Part shown: piece by piece, positions 50,928 through 60,243 of the stretch
Numbering within the stretch: position 1 is the first letter of the stretch
Layout of the letters: each line of letters starts with the position of its first letter
From: Prochlorococcaceae cyanobacterium
Lineage (GTDB): Bacteria; Cyanobacteriota; Cyanobacteriia; PCC-6307; Cyanobiaceae
Assembly: GCA_049317465.1 (NCBI GenBank)
Contig: JBMOIF010000001.1
Span: 20,158 to 84,157, forward strand
DNA: 64,000 bases
Reading direction: 5' to 3'
Program-made: the position numbers and the translations under genes
Notes under the pieces: generated by a model
Database searches by the model: none
Told to the model about the DNA's origin: nothing
The model's input: only the letters and a program-made list of their open reading frames with translations

Positions 50928-51574
50928 CGGGCCTGGGGCACACCCGCCTGCCAGGCCCAGAGCTGGTCGCCCCAGCTGAAATGCCACCATTCGCCCGGAT
51001 GGCGCACGAAGCCGGCCCGGGCCATGGCCGATGCCAGCCATCCGCGGCGTTGATGCCAGAGCCCCTCCGGAGAGTCTGGATCGGCTGTTGCGAAATGATC
51101 GGGCTGGGCCACCGGGCCGAGGGCATCGATGGCGCCACCCATCTCGAGCATCGCCCCGTCGCGCAGGGTCAGGGTGAGGTCGACGGCGGCACCGGTGCTG
51201 TGGGGGGGCGGTGCTGCCGGATCAGGATTGGGCGGTGCCCAGATCGCCGCCACTGCCTCGGGCGTGGCCCCGGGCAGCGAGAGGCTGTGCTCGACCATGA
51301 ACTGCTGCACCTCAAGGGGACGGAAGGCGTCGAAGACGATCAGCTCGAGCTCCGGGTGCTGTTGCTGCAGCCACTGCTGGGCCCGCAACAGCCGCTGCAG
51401 CACCGACCAACGCAACTGGAAGGGATCCGTGCCTGACGGATATGGAGCCCCCAGAGCGGCGTAGGGGTGGGGGTTCCAGCGTCGCAATCCTGTCGGCAGG
51501 GCCAGCAGGGGTTCACAGCAATCGTGGATCGGAAGCTGGATCCAGGGACGGTCCATGGTGGGGGGAGAGGACAT
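50900..51574 (-). CDS. D-alanyl-D-alanine dipeptidase, VanX/DdpX-like (peptidase M15D)
   Basis: LIVFDAFRPLEVQ, PPHSTGAAVDLTL (zinc motif) and GEWWHFSWGD. The ATG at 51574 shares one base with the recG stop. An alternative TTG start is at 51577. Confidence 0.78.
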   Translation of the reverse strand: MSSPPTMDRPWIQLPIHDCCEPLLALPTGLRRWNPHPYAALGAPYPSGTDPFQLRWSVLQRLLRAQQWLQQQHPELELIVFDAFRPLEVQQFMVEHSLSLPGATPEAVAAIWAPPNPDPAAPPPHSTGAAVDLTLTLRDGAMLEMGGAIDALGPVAQPDHFATADPDSPEGLWHQRRGWLASAMARAGFVRHPGEWWHFSWGDQLWAWQAGVPQARYGRVGVGG

Positions 51575-54063
51575 CAATTGAGCTGAGCCGCCCCATGGGC
51601 GCGGCGACGCTGCTGCTCCAGCGTTGCCGCCAGACGGGGCCAGCCAGCCAGCTCAGGGTCGTCCTCCAGCATGCTCCGAGCCGTGTCGCGGGCCAGCTCC
51701 AGCACCGCGCCATCGTCAACAAGGCTGGCCAAGGCCAGGTCAGGCAGACCCGACTGGCGGGTGCCGAGCACCTCGCCGGGACCCCTCAGGCGCAGATCCA
51801 TCTCGGCGATCTCAAACCCATCGCTGCTGCGGCACAACAGCTGCAGCCGCTGGCGGGCCTCGACACCGTCGCTGCCGCTCAGCAGCAGACAGCGGGACCG
51901 GGCCGCTCCACGACCGACCCGCCCCCGCAGCTGATGCAGCTGGGCCAGGCCGAAGCGGTCCGCATGTTCGATCAGCATGACGGTCGCATTCGGCACGTCG
52001 ACGCCCACCTCCACCACTGTGGTCGACACCAGCACCTGCAGCCGACCCGCCACGAATCCTTCGATCACCGCCGTCTTGTCCGGGCTTGCCTGGCGGCCGT
52101 GGAGCAGACCCACCTGACGGTCTGGAAAGACCTCCTCCGACAGCTGTCGGTGCACGGCCATGGCCGAGCGCAGGTCAAGACTCTCGGAATCCTCCACCAG
52201 CGGCAACACCACGTAGGCCTGGCGCCCGGCATCGAGTTCTTCGCCGATGATCTCCCAGGCCCGCTGGCGTTGCGACGGCCGCAGCCATTCGGTGACCACC
52301 GGCGTGCGGCCCGGAGGCAACTGGTCGATGATGCTCACATCCAGGTCCCCATGCAGGCTCAGGGCGAGGGTGCGGGGAATGGGCGTGGCCGTCATCGTCA
52401 ACAGATGGGGCTGGCGACCCTTGGCCATCAGCCGGTCCCGCTGACGCACACCGAAACGGTGCTGCTCGTCGACCACCACCAGCCCCAGGTCGTCAAAGCC
52501 GACGGGATCCTCCAGCAGGGCATGGGTGCCGACCAGGAGCTGCAGTCGGCCCTCCGCGAGCTCCCGCAGGTGATCCCGCCGGCGCGCCGCCGGCGTGGAC
52601 CCGGTGAGCAGTTCCACCGACACCAGCAGGGGAGTCAGCCATTCCACGAGACGAGCCAGATGCTGACGGGCCAGCACTTCGGTGGGGGCCATGAACGCCC
52701 CCTGCTGACCGGCGTCGATGCACAGAAGCAGGGCCGCCACCGCCACAACGGTCTTGCCGCAGCCCACATCCCCCTGCACCAGCCGCGCCATGGGCTGGGC
52801 ACGGGCCAGGTCGCCACGGATCTCCTCCAGAACGCGGTGCTGGGCCGCCGTGAGCGGGAACGGCAGGGCGGCCAGAAACGCCTCGAAGCGTGGGGAGCTC
52901 CGATGGGGCACGGGAGCCGGTGCCGGACGTCGACGCACCTGCTGACGCCGCTGGCCGAGGGCGAGCTGCAACAGAAGAAACTCATCGAACACCAGCCGCT
53001 GGCGACTGCGCTGCAGCCGGTCGTGGTCCGGTGGATCGTGGATCCAGTCGAGGGCCTGTGGCAGGGAAGGCAATCCATGGCGCTGACGCCAGACTTCCGG
53101 GAGCGGATCGGGCCAGCTGGCGAGAGCCGGTCGCACCGACTGCACCGCCTGCCGCAGCCGCTGGGCCGTGAGCCCCTCGGTGAGGGGGTAGACGGGCAGC
53201 ACCCGGCCGATCTCCCGCGATTGCAGTGGTGCAGAGGCACTCTCGAGCACTTCGATCAGGGCCTCCTGCAGGGTGAGCCCGTAACGGCCCTCCCGCACGA
53301 GGCCACTGGCGGCAACGGTGGCCCCAGGGGGATACAGCCGCTGCTGCTGGGCAAGGGCGGCGGGACTGGTGAAGCGGCGACCGGCGAGGAAACGGCTCAG
53401 TCGCAACCGGCCGCTGATGTCCTGCAACTGCAGGTCGAGGATGGCGAGGTTGGGCTGCCGAGGACTGACGAAGGCCGAGCAGCGACGGATCTGGGCCACG
53501 ACCGTGGCTGTGCTGCCGACCTCCAGTTCGGCGATGCGTGTCAGCCGTGAATAGTCGACGTAATCCCGGGGGTAATGCCGCAGCAGGTCTTCAACTGTGA
53601 ACAGCCCCAGGGCAGCCAGCCGGGACGCCGTGCGTGGGCCGATGCCGCGCACCTGCCCCAGGGGGGTGCTGGCCTCCAGATCCGGGCTGGTGCTGACCGT
53701 CGAAGGGATGCCCGGACGTTCGGCAAGCCGCAGCCGCGGCGGGGAGGGTGGTGCGGATGGCTCAAGCGTCCTCTGCAACGTCAACAGATACCGACGCAGT
53801 TCGACCACCAGACGACGACGGTCGGGTTCCTCCAGCAACCCGTACCCCTCAAAGCGACGGCCGAAGTCTTGAAGCCGCGGAGGTTTGTCGAGTTCCTGCA
53901 GGGGGATCGGCGGATGCAGGCAGGCTGCGGCGAGAAAGGCGCTGAATCGTTGCTGATGTCCCTGCAGATCGTGGAATCCATGGTCTGTTTCCATGGCCAG
54001 ACTGCGCTGCAGCCGGATCAGCCAGCTCCGGGCTGCGGTGGCCGGGGATTGCTCTGTTGCCAC
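51574..54063 (-). CDS. recG: ATP-dependent DNA helicase RecG
   Basis: Wedge domain, then RLVQGDVGCGKTVVA (motif I), VVDEQHRFGV (DEQH), TATPIPRT and QLHQLRGRVGRG. An alternative start at ATG 53994 would avoid overlap with the upstream gene. Confidence 0.93.
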   Translation of the reverse strand: MATEQSPATAARSWLIRLQRSLAMETDHGFHDLQGHQQRFSAFLAAACLHPPIPLQELDKPPRLQDFGRRFEGYGLLEEPDRRRLVVELRRYLLTLQRTLEPSAPPSPPRLRLAERPGIPSTVSTSPDLEASTPLGQVRGIGPRTASRLAALGLFTVEDLLRHYPRDYVDYSRLTRIAELEVGSTATVVAQIRRCSAFVSPRQPNLAILDLQLQDISGRLRLSRFLAGRRFTSPAALAQQQRLYPPGATVAASGLVREGRYGLTLQEALIEVLESASAPLQSREIGRVLPVYPLTEGLTAQRLRQAVQSVRPALASWPDPLPEVWRQRHGLPSLPQALDWIHDPPDHDRLQRSRQRLVFDEFLLLQLALGQRRQQVRRRPAPAPVPHRSSPRFEAFLAALPFPLTAAQHRVLEEIRGDLARAQPMARLVQGDVGCGKTVVAVAALLLCIDAGQQGAFMAPTEVLARQHLARLVEWLTPLLVSVELLTGSTPAARRRDHLRELAEGRLQLLVGTHALLEDPVGFDDLGLVVVDEQHRFGVRQRDRLMAKGRQPHLLTMTATPIPRTLALSLHGDLDVSIIDQLPPGRTPVVTEWLRPSQRQRAWEIIGEELDAGRQAYVVLPLVEDSESLDLRSAMAVHRQLSEEVFPDRQVGLLHGRQASPDKTAVIEGFVAGRLQVLVSTTVVEVGVDVPNATVMLIEHADRFGLAQLHQLRGRVGRGAARSRCLLLSGSDGVEARQRLQLLCRSSDGFEIAEMDLRLRGPGEVLGTRQSGLPDLALASLVDDGAVLELARDTARSMLEDDPELAGWPRLAATLEQQRRRAHGAAQLN

Positions 54064-55040
54064 GCCTCCTCCGCCTGCCGCACGGCCGTGCGGCGCTGCC
54101 AGTGGTGATGTCTGCGCGCCATTCTGGCCAGCTGACGGTCGAGCCGGCGCAGCACCTGCCGCTGGCTGCGCAGGGGGGGATCCAGGAATTCGAGATCGGC
54201 GCTGCGCAGCAGCACCCCTGCCAGCTGGTCCGCCTCGAAGGGCCAGGCCAGTCGCAGCAGATTCGGTGGTGCCGGACGGGCGTCGGCCTGCCCCTCCAGG
54301 GCGGCGTCCAGCAGCGCGGCGTCGGGGATGTCGCTCAGCAGGTCAAGGGCCATCAGTTCACGGTTAGCCGCATCACTGAGCTCCAGCAGATGCAGGCTCA
54401 GGGCGTGGTCGGCAAGTCCCAGCCAGCGTCGTGAAACCGCAGGTTCCGCCGGTACGGGCAGGGGCTGGTCGAAGCCGGGATCGAGCGGTTCAAGGCTCTC
54501 CTCCAGGTCACCGTCGTCGGTTGCCTGATCAAGGGTCTCTTCTGCATCTGCGGCAGCGTCGGAGTCGGCCCAGGGCTGGGAAGCACTCAGAAGCCGGCCC
54601 GGATCGAATCCGGCCAGCAGCGGACGGTTCTGCAGGTCCAGGCGGATCTCCGGACGTTGAACTGTCGGAGGAGGGATGGCGAATTCCTCATCGGCATCCT
54701 GATCCGCCGTTTCCAGCTCGGACTGCTGCCTCAACCGCTGCAGCCCCTTCTCCACCAGGCGGCGGATGGTCAGCTGTTCACGGCTGCGGGCTGACAGCTG
54801 GCCCAGCTGCCGGCGCAGCTGGCGACGCTGGTCATCATCCAGGGCGAGAAAGGCCTCTGGCCGTTGATCAGTGACCAGCTGGAACACCGCCTGATGCAGA
54901 GCCCCATCCAGGAGTGCGCGGATCCGCGCAAGGTAGTCGTCAAGGCTGATGCGGACCAGGCGATTGACCTGGTCCGTTTCCTCCAGCACCCGCTGCACCT
55001 GCAGGAGGGCGTCGGCCGGGCCGACGGAATCGGCACTCAA
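54018..55040 (-). CDS. Acidic hypothetical protein
   Basis: 340-aa ORF between tsf and recG on the same strand. The TTG start overlaps the tsf stop (TTGA). It is helical and Q/R/L/D-rich with an acidic central block. No family recognised. Confidence 0.55.
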   Translation of the reverse strand: MSADSVGPADALLQVQRVLEETDQVNRLVRISLDDYLARIRALLDGALHQAVFQLVTDQRPEAFLALDDDQRRQLRRQLGQLSARSREQLTIRRLVEKGLQRLRQQSELETADQDADEEFAIPPPTVQRPEIRLDLQNRPLLAGFDPGRLLSASQPWADSDAAADAEETLDQATDDGDLEESLEPLDPGFDQPLPVPAEPAVSRRWLGLADHALSLHLLELSDAANRELMALDLLSDIPDAALLDAALEGQADARPAPPNLLRLAWPFEADQLAGVLLRSADLEFLDPPLRSQRQVLRRLDRQLARMARRHHHWQRRTAVRQAEEAWQQSNPRPPQPGAG

Positions 55041-55690
55041 GCGGTCATGGCCGCCACCTCGGCGGCAAAGTCGGTCTTCTCGACCTCAATGCCTTCCCCG
55101 AGGGTGTAACGGGTGAAACGACGCACCTGAATATTTTCGCCCAGGGTGCCGGCAACCTGCTTCACCAGTTCGGCCACGGTCAGGGAGCTGTCCTTGATGT
55201 AGGGCTGATCCATCAGTGCCAGCTCCTTCAACCGCTTGGCGACGCGACCTTCGACAATCTTCTGCTTCATGGCCTCGGGCTTGTTGCCCAGGTCATCCCG
55301 ACCCAGCTCAATCGCGGATTCACGGGCGCTCACCTCGGGGGGGATATCACCTGTGCTCACGAATTCCACATTGGGGCAAGCGGCGATCTGCATCGCCAGA
55401 TCGCTCACCAACCCCTGGAAAACTTCGCCGCGGGCAACGAAGTCGGTCTCGCAGTTGACTTCCAGCAGAACCCCCACCCTGGCGCCGGTATGGATGTAAC
55501 TGCCGATAGAGCCCTCAGCGGCGGTGCGCCCGGCCTTCTTCTCCGCAGAGGCGATGCCCTTCTGACGCAGCCATTCGGTGGCTTTGCCAAGGTCCCCGTC
55601 CGATTCGGCCAAGGCCTTCTTGCAGTCCATCATTCCGGCGCCGGTCTGGTCGCGCAGTTGCTTGACGAGCTTTGCCGAGATCTCAGCCAT
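55037..55690 (-). CDS. tsf: Elongation factor Ts
   Basis: [42 protein letters not shown] (UBA-like N-terminus) plus the core domain. Confidence 0.95.
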   Translation of the reverse strand: MAEISAKLVKQLRDQTGAGMMDCKKALAESDGDLGKATEWLRQKGIASAEKKAGRTAAEGSIGSYIHTGARVGVLLEVNCETDFVARGEVFQGLVSDLAMQIAACPNVEFVSTGDIPPEVSARESAIELGRDDLGNKPEAMKQKIVEGRVAKRLKELALMDQPYIKDSSLTVAELVKQVAGTLGENIQVRRFTRYTLGEGIEVEKTDFAAEVAAMTA

Positions 55691-55745
55691 GTCAGGTGTG
55701 GGGAGGAGATGGGGGGAAGGGTTTCAGGGGAGCGGAGGGGATCCG

Positions 55746-56465
55746 TCAGGCGTCATCGTCCGCATCGTCGCCTTGGTCATGGGCACCGTGGCGACCCTCG
55801 TTGATGGCATCAGCCAACCGGCTCACCACCAGCTGAACCGAACGAACGGCGTCATCATTGCAGGGAATGGGCACATCGCAGAGGTCAGGATCGCAGTTGG
55901 TGTCGAGCATTGACACCAGAGGGATGTCAAGTTTCTGACACTCCAGAACAGCGTTGTATTCGCGCTTCTGATCCACCAGAAGAACGACATCAGGCAGACG
56001 ACGCATGTTCTTGAGGCCGCCAAGATACTTCTGAAGGCGCTCAAGCTCACGCCGCAGGACGGCGGCTTCTTTCTTGGGACGCATGGCAATCGCCCCGGAA
56101 CTTTCCATGCGCTCGAGGTCCTTGAGGCGATCGATACGAGCACGCATGGTGGTCCAGTTGGTGAGCATCCCGCCCAGCCAGCGCTGGTTGACATAGCTGG
56201 CGCCGCAACGACCTGCCTCCTGGGCGATCACTTCGGCAGCCTGCTTTTTGGTGCCCACAAACAGGAATCGCTTGCCTGAGCGAGAGGCGCTCCGCACCCA
56301 TTTGTAGGCGTTGTTCATGCAGACGGCTGTCTGCACCAGATCGATGATGTGAACGCCATTCCTGGCGCAGTAGATGTACCGCTGCATTTTGGGATTCCAG
56401 CGGCGAGTCTGGTGCCCAAAGTGGGCGCCAGCCTCCATCATCTCGGCGAGGGTGACAACAGCCAT
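55746..56465 (-). CDS. rpsB: 30S ribosomal protein S2
   Basis: [34 protein letters not shown]...[10 protein letters not shown]...[12 protein letters not shown]. Confidence 0.95.
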   Translation of the reverse strand: MAVVTLAEMMEAGAHFGHQTRRWNPKMQRYIYCARNGVHIIDLVQTAVCMNNAYKWVRSASRSGKRFLFVGTKKQAAEVIAQEAGRCGASYVNQRWLGGMLTNWTTMRARIDRLKDLERMESSGAIAMRPKKEAAVLRRELERLQKYLGGLKNMRRLPDVVLLVDQKREYNAVLECQKLDIPLVSMLDTNCDPDLCDVPIPCNDDAVRSVQLVVSRLADAINEGRHGAHDQGDDADDDA

Positions 56466-56587
56466 GGTTGAAGGGGTTTCGGGTTGGCCACCACCCGCTG
56501 AGGGAGCTGCCCGCAGATCGGACTGGTGTCCGGCGGGACGCTCACCCGAAACATGCGGGTGTGCGGAAGAAAGGGAACGTCCTCAAC

Positions 56588-57532
56588 TTACCAGCCGGTG
56601 GAACGGCTCCCGCCTGCCATCGCCTCCTGCCACAGCGCCTTCACCCCAAGCCGGTTGAGCGGCAGCCGCAGCAGCTCCATCGCCACGCCGGGGCGGCCCC
56701 GACGGATTAGCCAGGCCAGCAGGGGCCTCAGGCTGCGTTCGTTGATCAGACCGCCCAGGGTCAGCAGCTCCCAGAGAAGGCGATGCAGCACCGTGTACTG
56801 GATGATGAAGCGGACCCGACGGGTGGGGTGTTTGCGGTAGAAGACCAGCCCCATCCGGGCCCGCTCGCGCTCCTTGCGGACCAGGTCGGGAATCTGCTCG
56901 AGGCTGAGGGCTGGATGCCAGTGGTAGCCGACGGCCTGGGGGCAGCGGACCAGCACCACACCCATCTGTCGCAGCCTTTCGCCGAGTTCCAGGTCCTCCC
57001 AGCCGTAAAGGCGGAAGGCGGTATCGAAAAGCCCCGAAGCCAGGAGCACCCCACGGTCGATCGCCACATTGCCTGTGGCGAAATAGGCCCAGGACAGATC
57101 ACTCAACTTGTGCGGCTCCTGGGATGGCGCCTCAAAGTTGTGGGTGTTGATGACTGCGCCGTAGGTGAAGCACAGACGATCGCCCCGGCGGGACCAACTG
57201 GCACGGAGATGTTCCGCATGGTGATGCAGGAAGTCGGGCACCACCACCAGATCGCTGTCAATGAAGACGATCACGTCGCCACGGGCCACCTCGACCCCGA
57301 GGTTGCGCCCGAGGGCCGGACCACCATGTTCCTGGCAGACGAGGCGCACGTGGGGCAGCTCGGCCGCGTTGTCCCTGAGCCAGGTGACCGTGCCATCGGT
57401 GGAGCCGTCATCGACCACGACGACCTCGTAGTCATCGCCCGGGGCCAGACGACGCTGAGCTTCGAGTGCCCGCAGACACTTCTGCAGGATGGGCAGGCGG
57501 TCGTAGGTCGGGATGACGACGCTCAGGAACAC
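56588..57532 (-). CDS. Family 2 glycosyltransferase
   Basis: LSVVIPTYDR...VVVVDDGSTDGT...VIVFIDSDLVV (DxD), GT-A fold. Confidence 0.85.
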   Translation of the reverse strand: MFLSVVIPTYDRLPILQKCLRALEAQRRLAPGDDYEVVVVDDGSTDGTVTWLRDNAAELPHVRLVCQEHGGPALGRNLGVEVARGDVIVFIDSDLVVVPDFLHHHAEHLRASWSRRGDRLCFTYGAVINTHNFEAPSQEPHKLSDLSWAYFATGNVAIDRGVLLASGLFDTAFRLYGWEDLELGERLRQMGVVLVRCPQAVGYHWHPALSLEQIPDLVRKERERARMGLVFYRKHPTRRVRFIIQYTVLHRLLWELLTLGGLINERSLRPLLAWLIRRGRPGVAMELLRLPLNRLGVKALWQEAMAGGSRSTGW

Positions 57533-57568
57533 AGGCAGGGGGGCATGGGGGGATGGAAGCGAACGCCC

Positions 57569-58495
57569 TCAGGGGGCCGGCACGCGCAGCAGGTAGACAC
57601 TCGGGCCCTGAACCCGCACCTGCACGGTGGATCCCTCCAAGGGAAGCGATGCACCGTCCTGAACGTCGGGTGCAGCGCTGCTGAGGGCATCAAGGCTGGA
57701 TTCGCGCACCTCGGCATTCTCGGGCAGGTTCTCAAGGGATGGCCCCGAAACCGGGCGAGCCTCGGCCCAGAGCCTGGCCAGGGGGGAGGGACCTGCGACA
57801 GGACGCTGTGGGCCCGAGTCGGTGTCGACCTTGGCGATGGTGGCACCCGCGCTGGTCTCGGAAGGTGCTGTCGGCGTGGAGGGCGTCGCGTTCGCAGCAG
57901 CAGTCTGTTGAGCCGGCGCGGGTGTGGGGGCCGCCGCCTCCGGTGCCGCAGGAGCGGACGGTGGGGCACCTCCGGCCTCGGGGCGTTTCACCTCTGCCAC
58001 GCTGCGCCGGGGAGGGGGCAGCTGAATGGTCGTTGCCGCCGGGGTCTCAGTGGTGAGCTGAGAGGCAATGGAGGTCTCGGGAGCCTGGTTGGCTGCAGTG
58101 ACCGCTTCAGCCAGCACCTTCTCAGGCAGAACATCGCGCACGGGCTCGGGCAACGGCTCGACCTGCGCAGCCAGATCTGAGGCCCCCCCCGGCGGTGGCG
58201 GCGGCAAGGTGTCTGCCGGCAGTTTCAGGTCGCTGGTGCTGGCCTGACGGCTGGCCAGGTCCTGGCTGAGCAGCTGCTGGGTCACATCCACCAGCTGGCC
58301 GGTGTCATCACCGGCGGCGGCGCTGGCCGCCAACCTGGGGGCCTTCGGCTGGGGCAGCAGCGCGATGGCGAGGTGAACACCCACGGCGATCAGAACGGGA
58401 ACGACCCATCCCGGTCGCTGGCTCCATCGCTCGACTCCCTCCGTCCGCAGCTCGCGCAGGCGGTCCAGGATCTCCTCTTGACGGGTCTTGTCCAC
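57569..58495 (-). CDS. Membrane-anchored Pro/Ala-rich protein (TonB/TolA-like architecture, no recognisable TonB C-domain)
   Basis: Single TM (WVVPVLIAVGVHLAIALL) followed by long P/A/T-rich spacers (PPPPPGGAS..., APPSAPAAPEAAAPTPAPAQ). It lies directly downstream of exbB-exbD-exbD. Confidence 0.55.
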   Translation of the reverse strand: MDKTRQEEILDRLRELRTEGVERWSQRPGWVVPVLIAVGVHLAIALLPQPKAPRLAASAAAGDDTGQLVDVTQQLLSQDLASRQASTSDLKLPADTLPPPPPGGASDLAAQVEPLPEPVRDVLPEKVLAEAVTAANQAPETSIASQLTTETPAATTIQLPPPRRSVAEVKRPEAGGAPPSAPAAPEAAAPTPAPAQQTAAANATPSTPTAPSETSAGATIAKVDTDSGPQRPVAGPSPLARLWAEARPVSGPSLENLPENAEVRESSLDALSSAAPDVQDGASLPLEGSTVQVRVQGPSVYLLRVPAP

Positions 58496-58517
58496 GGTTC
58501 AGGTCGGGTGAGAGAGG

Positions 58518-58946
58518 TCAGGGCTGCTGACGCAGCTGGCGCAACCGGTTGGGGAGTCTCAGCTCAACAGGCATCGGAGAGTCCTTGAGCATGAGCATCA
58601 CGGGACGCATCACCCCCCAGCTGGCTTCGGGATCGGGAATCAACCGGAGTCGTCCCTGGGGGTTGCGGCTGGCGTAGGCCTGGACGACTGCCGGCAGGCG
58701 ATGGATGGGGACGGCTTCCCCCTGGATCGTTGGCTGGCCTTCAAGATCGATGCGGACCGGCAGGTAACCGGCAGCCGGATCGAGCCGGTCCATGCGGACA
58801 GGAATCAGCAGCGCAGTGAAGGTGATCAGGACAAGCAGCACGTCGGCCAGGGGCAGCCAGTAGTTGCTGTCGATGCCGTCATCACCGCTGACGCCGTCGC
58901 CGGCGCTGCGGGAACGCCAGCTGAAGGGGGATCGTGGATTTGTCAT
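58518..58946 (-). CDS. exbD: Biopolymer transport protein ExbD/TolR (copy 2)
   Basis: N-terminal TM LPLADVLLVLITFTALLIPV and a periplasmic domain. The ATG overlaps the stop of copy 1 (ATGA). Confidence 0.78.
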   Translation of the reverse strand: MTNPRSPFSWRSRSAGDGVSGDDGIDSNYWLPLADVLLVLITFTALLIPVRMDRLDPAAGYLPVRIDLEGQPTIQGEAVPIHRLPAVVQAYASRNPQGRLRLIPDPEASWGVMRPVMLMLKDSPMPVELRLPNRLRQLRQQP

Positions 58947-59365
58947 GGCAGGGCATCCTCCGAGGGCATGCGCAGCCGGACCCTGTCCCCGGCCGTGGCG
59001 CGCAGGGTGCGGAAGCTCTCGCTGACGGTCTCCATTTCCAACCCATCGGAAGGGAGGAACAGCACCCGCGGGGCACGGGGCTGACCACTGTCGGCACGGA
59101 GTCGGTCGGTGATCGCCTCAAAGGGTGTCGGAGTGCCGTTGAAGAACCAGCGCCCCGTCTGGGACAGGGCAACGACCTGGAGGGGAAGGCTCGGGTCAGC
59201 GGCAACCTGTCGGGCCCTGGGCTGCGGTGGCTTGGGCGTCCCGCCAGGGGACACCGACATCCACATCAGAAACGTGAGCACCACCAGCAGCACGTCGATG
59301 AGGGGAATCAGACCGGTGACAGCCGACTGCTGGGCCAGGCGGTCACTGGCGTGCAGGTCATCCAT
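58943..59365 (-). CDS. exbD: Biopolymer transport protein ExbD/TolR (copy 1)
   Basis: GLIPLIDVLLVVLTFLM contains the conserved Asp-bearing TM. ATG at 59365 chosen within ORF 58943..59398. Confidence 0.8.
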   Translation of the reverse strand: MDDLHASDRLAQQSAVTGLIPLIDVLLVVLTFLMWMSVSPGGTPKPPQPRARQVAADPSLPLQVVALSQTGRWFFNGTPTPFEAITDRLRADSGQPRAPRVLFLPSDGLEMETVSESFRTLRATAGDRVRLRMPSEDALP

Positions 59366-59966
59366 GGCTCGGGATCTGGCGATGCAGGTTGAGCTCATGG
59401 GCCAGGGCCACCCGCTCCATCAGGGCCAGCTGGGACTGGCGATAGGCGGCATTGATCCTGAGCACGACGATGGCCAGAACCGCAACCAGGATGCCCATGG
59501 CGGTGGCCACCAGCACTTCGGCGATGCCTGCGGCGGCCAGGGTGGCGGATGCAGCCGTGTCACGCTGCTGCCCGAGCCCTGAAAACGTGCGCATCAGGCC
59601 AGTCACGGTGCCCAGCAGGCCAAGCAGGGGACCAAGGGCGGCTGCCGCCTCGAGCACCCGCTCGCCACGGGCCATGGCGGTGCGCTCCTTCTGCAGGGCC
59701 AGTTGAAGTTCCAATTGCCGGTCTGGTTCACCTGCGGCCTGCCGAAGACGAACAAGCAGGCGCCCAACGGGACCGTCGGACGCCTGCAGTGGAGGAGTCT
59801 GGCCTTGGCTCAGCTCCGATTCGATGCGCTGCCAGCGCGGAGATCCGGCTGTTCCCAGTTGACGCCAGAAACGAAAACGGTCGACAGCAATGGTCACGAC
59901 CGCGATGGAGAGCGCCAGCAGGGGCACCATGACGGGGCCACCGAGGGACAGCTGTTGAAGCAGCAT
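59358..59966 (-). CDS. exbB: MotA/TolQ/ExbB proton-channel protein
   Basis: GGPVMVPLLALSIAVVTIAVDR... and the C-terminal LGLLGTVTGLMRTF...IAEVLVATAMGILVA motif. Confidence 0.85.
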   Translation of the reverse strand: MLLQQLSLGGPVMVPLLALSIAVVTIAVDRFRFWRQLGTAGSPRWQRIESELSQGQTPPLQASDGPVGRLLVRLRQAAGEPDRQLELQLALQKERTAMARGERVLEAAAALGPLLGLLGTVTGLMRTFSGLGQQRDTAASATLAAAGIAEVLVATAMGILVAVLAIVVLRINAAYRQSQLALMERVALAHELNLHRQIPSHG

Positions 59967-60057
59967 GGGGCGATTTAAACCTGCGCCACCTTAATCAGAG
60001 ACCCTGCTGGAGCACAGGCATCCAGGCGACACGTCCCGGTGACGCTCAGCCGGTTTG

Positions 60058-60213
60058 TCAATCGGCAGCGCCGCCATTGTTGGCCGTGCCCGTCACACCG
60101 TTGCCGGCACCTTCACCACGACCATCGTTGCGGAGCTTGCGCTTCTTGAACTTCCGCGCGTAGGCACGGTTGCGTTCCTGCTTCTCGCGTTTGAGGTTGC
60201 GGCGTTTCGCCAT
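60058..60213 (-). CDS. Unlisted 51-aa highly basic small ORF
   Basis: Hand translation: MAKRRNLKREKQERNRAYARKFKKRKLRNDGRGEGAGNGVTGTANNGGAAD*. The ATG is 31 nt downstream of the devA stop on the same strand. At under 60 aa it is absent from the supplied track. Confidence 0.4.
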   Translation of the reverse strand: MAKRRNLKREKQERNRAYARKFKKRKLRNDGRGEGAGNGVTGTANNGGAAD

Positions 60214-60243
60214 GGATGGTTTCTCTCGGGCACTGAAAGAACT

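Noticed and set aside
43454-51574. VanX-like plus VanY-like genes as a glycopeptide-resistance cluster.
   Set aside because: The two genes are 6.7 kb apart, separated by chlP, crtL, glyS and sir. No VanH, VanA/B ligase or VanRS is present.
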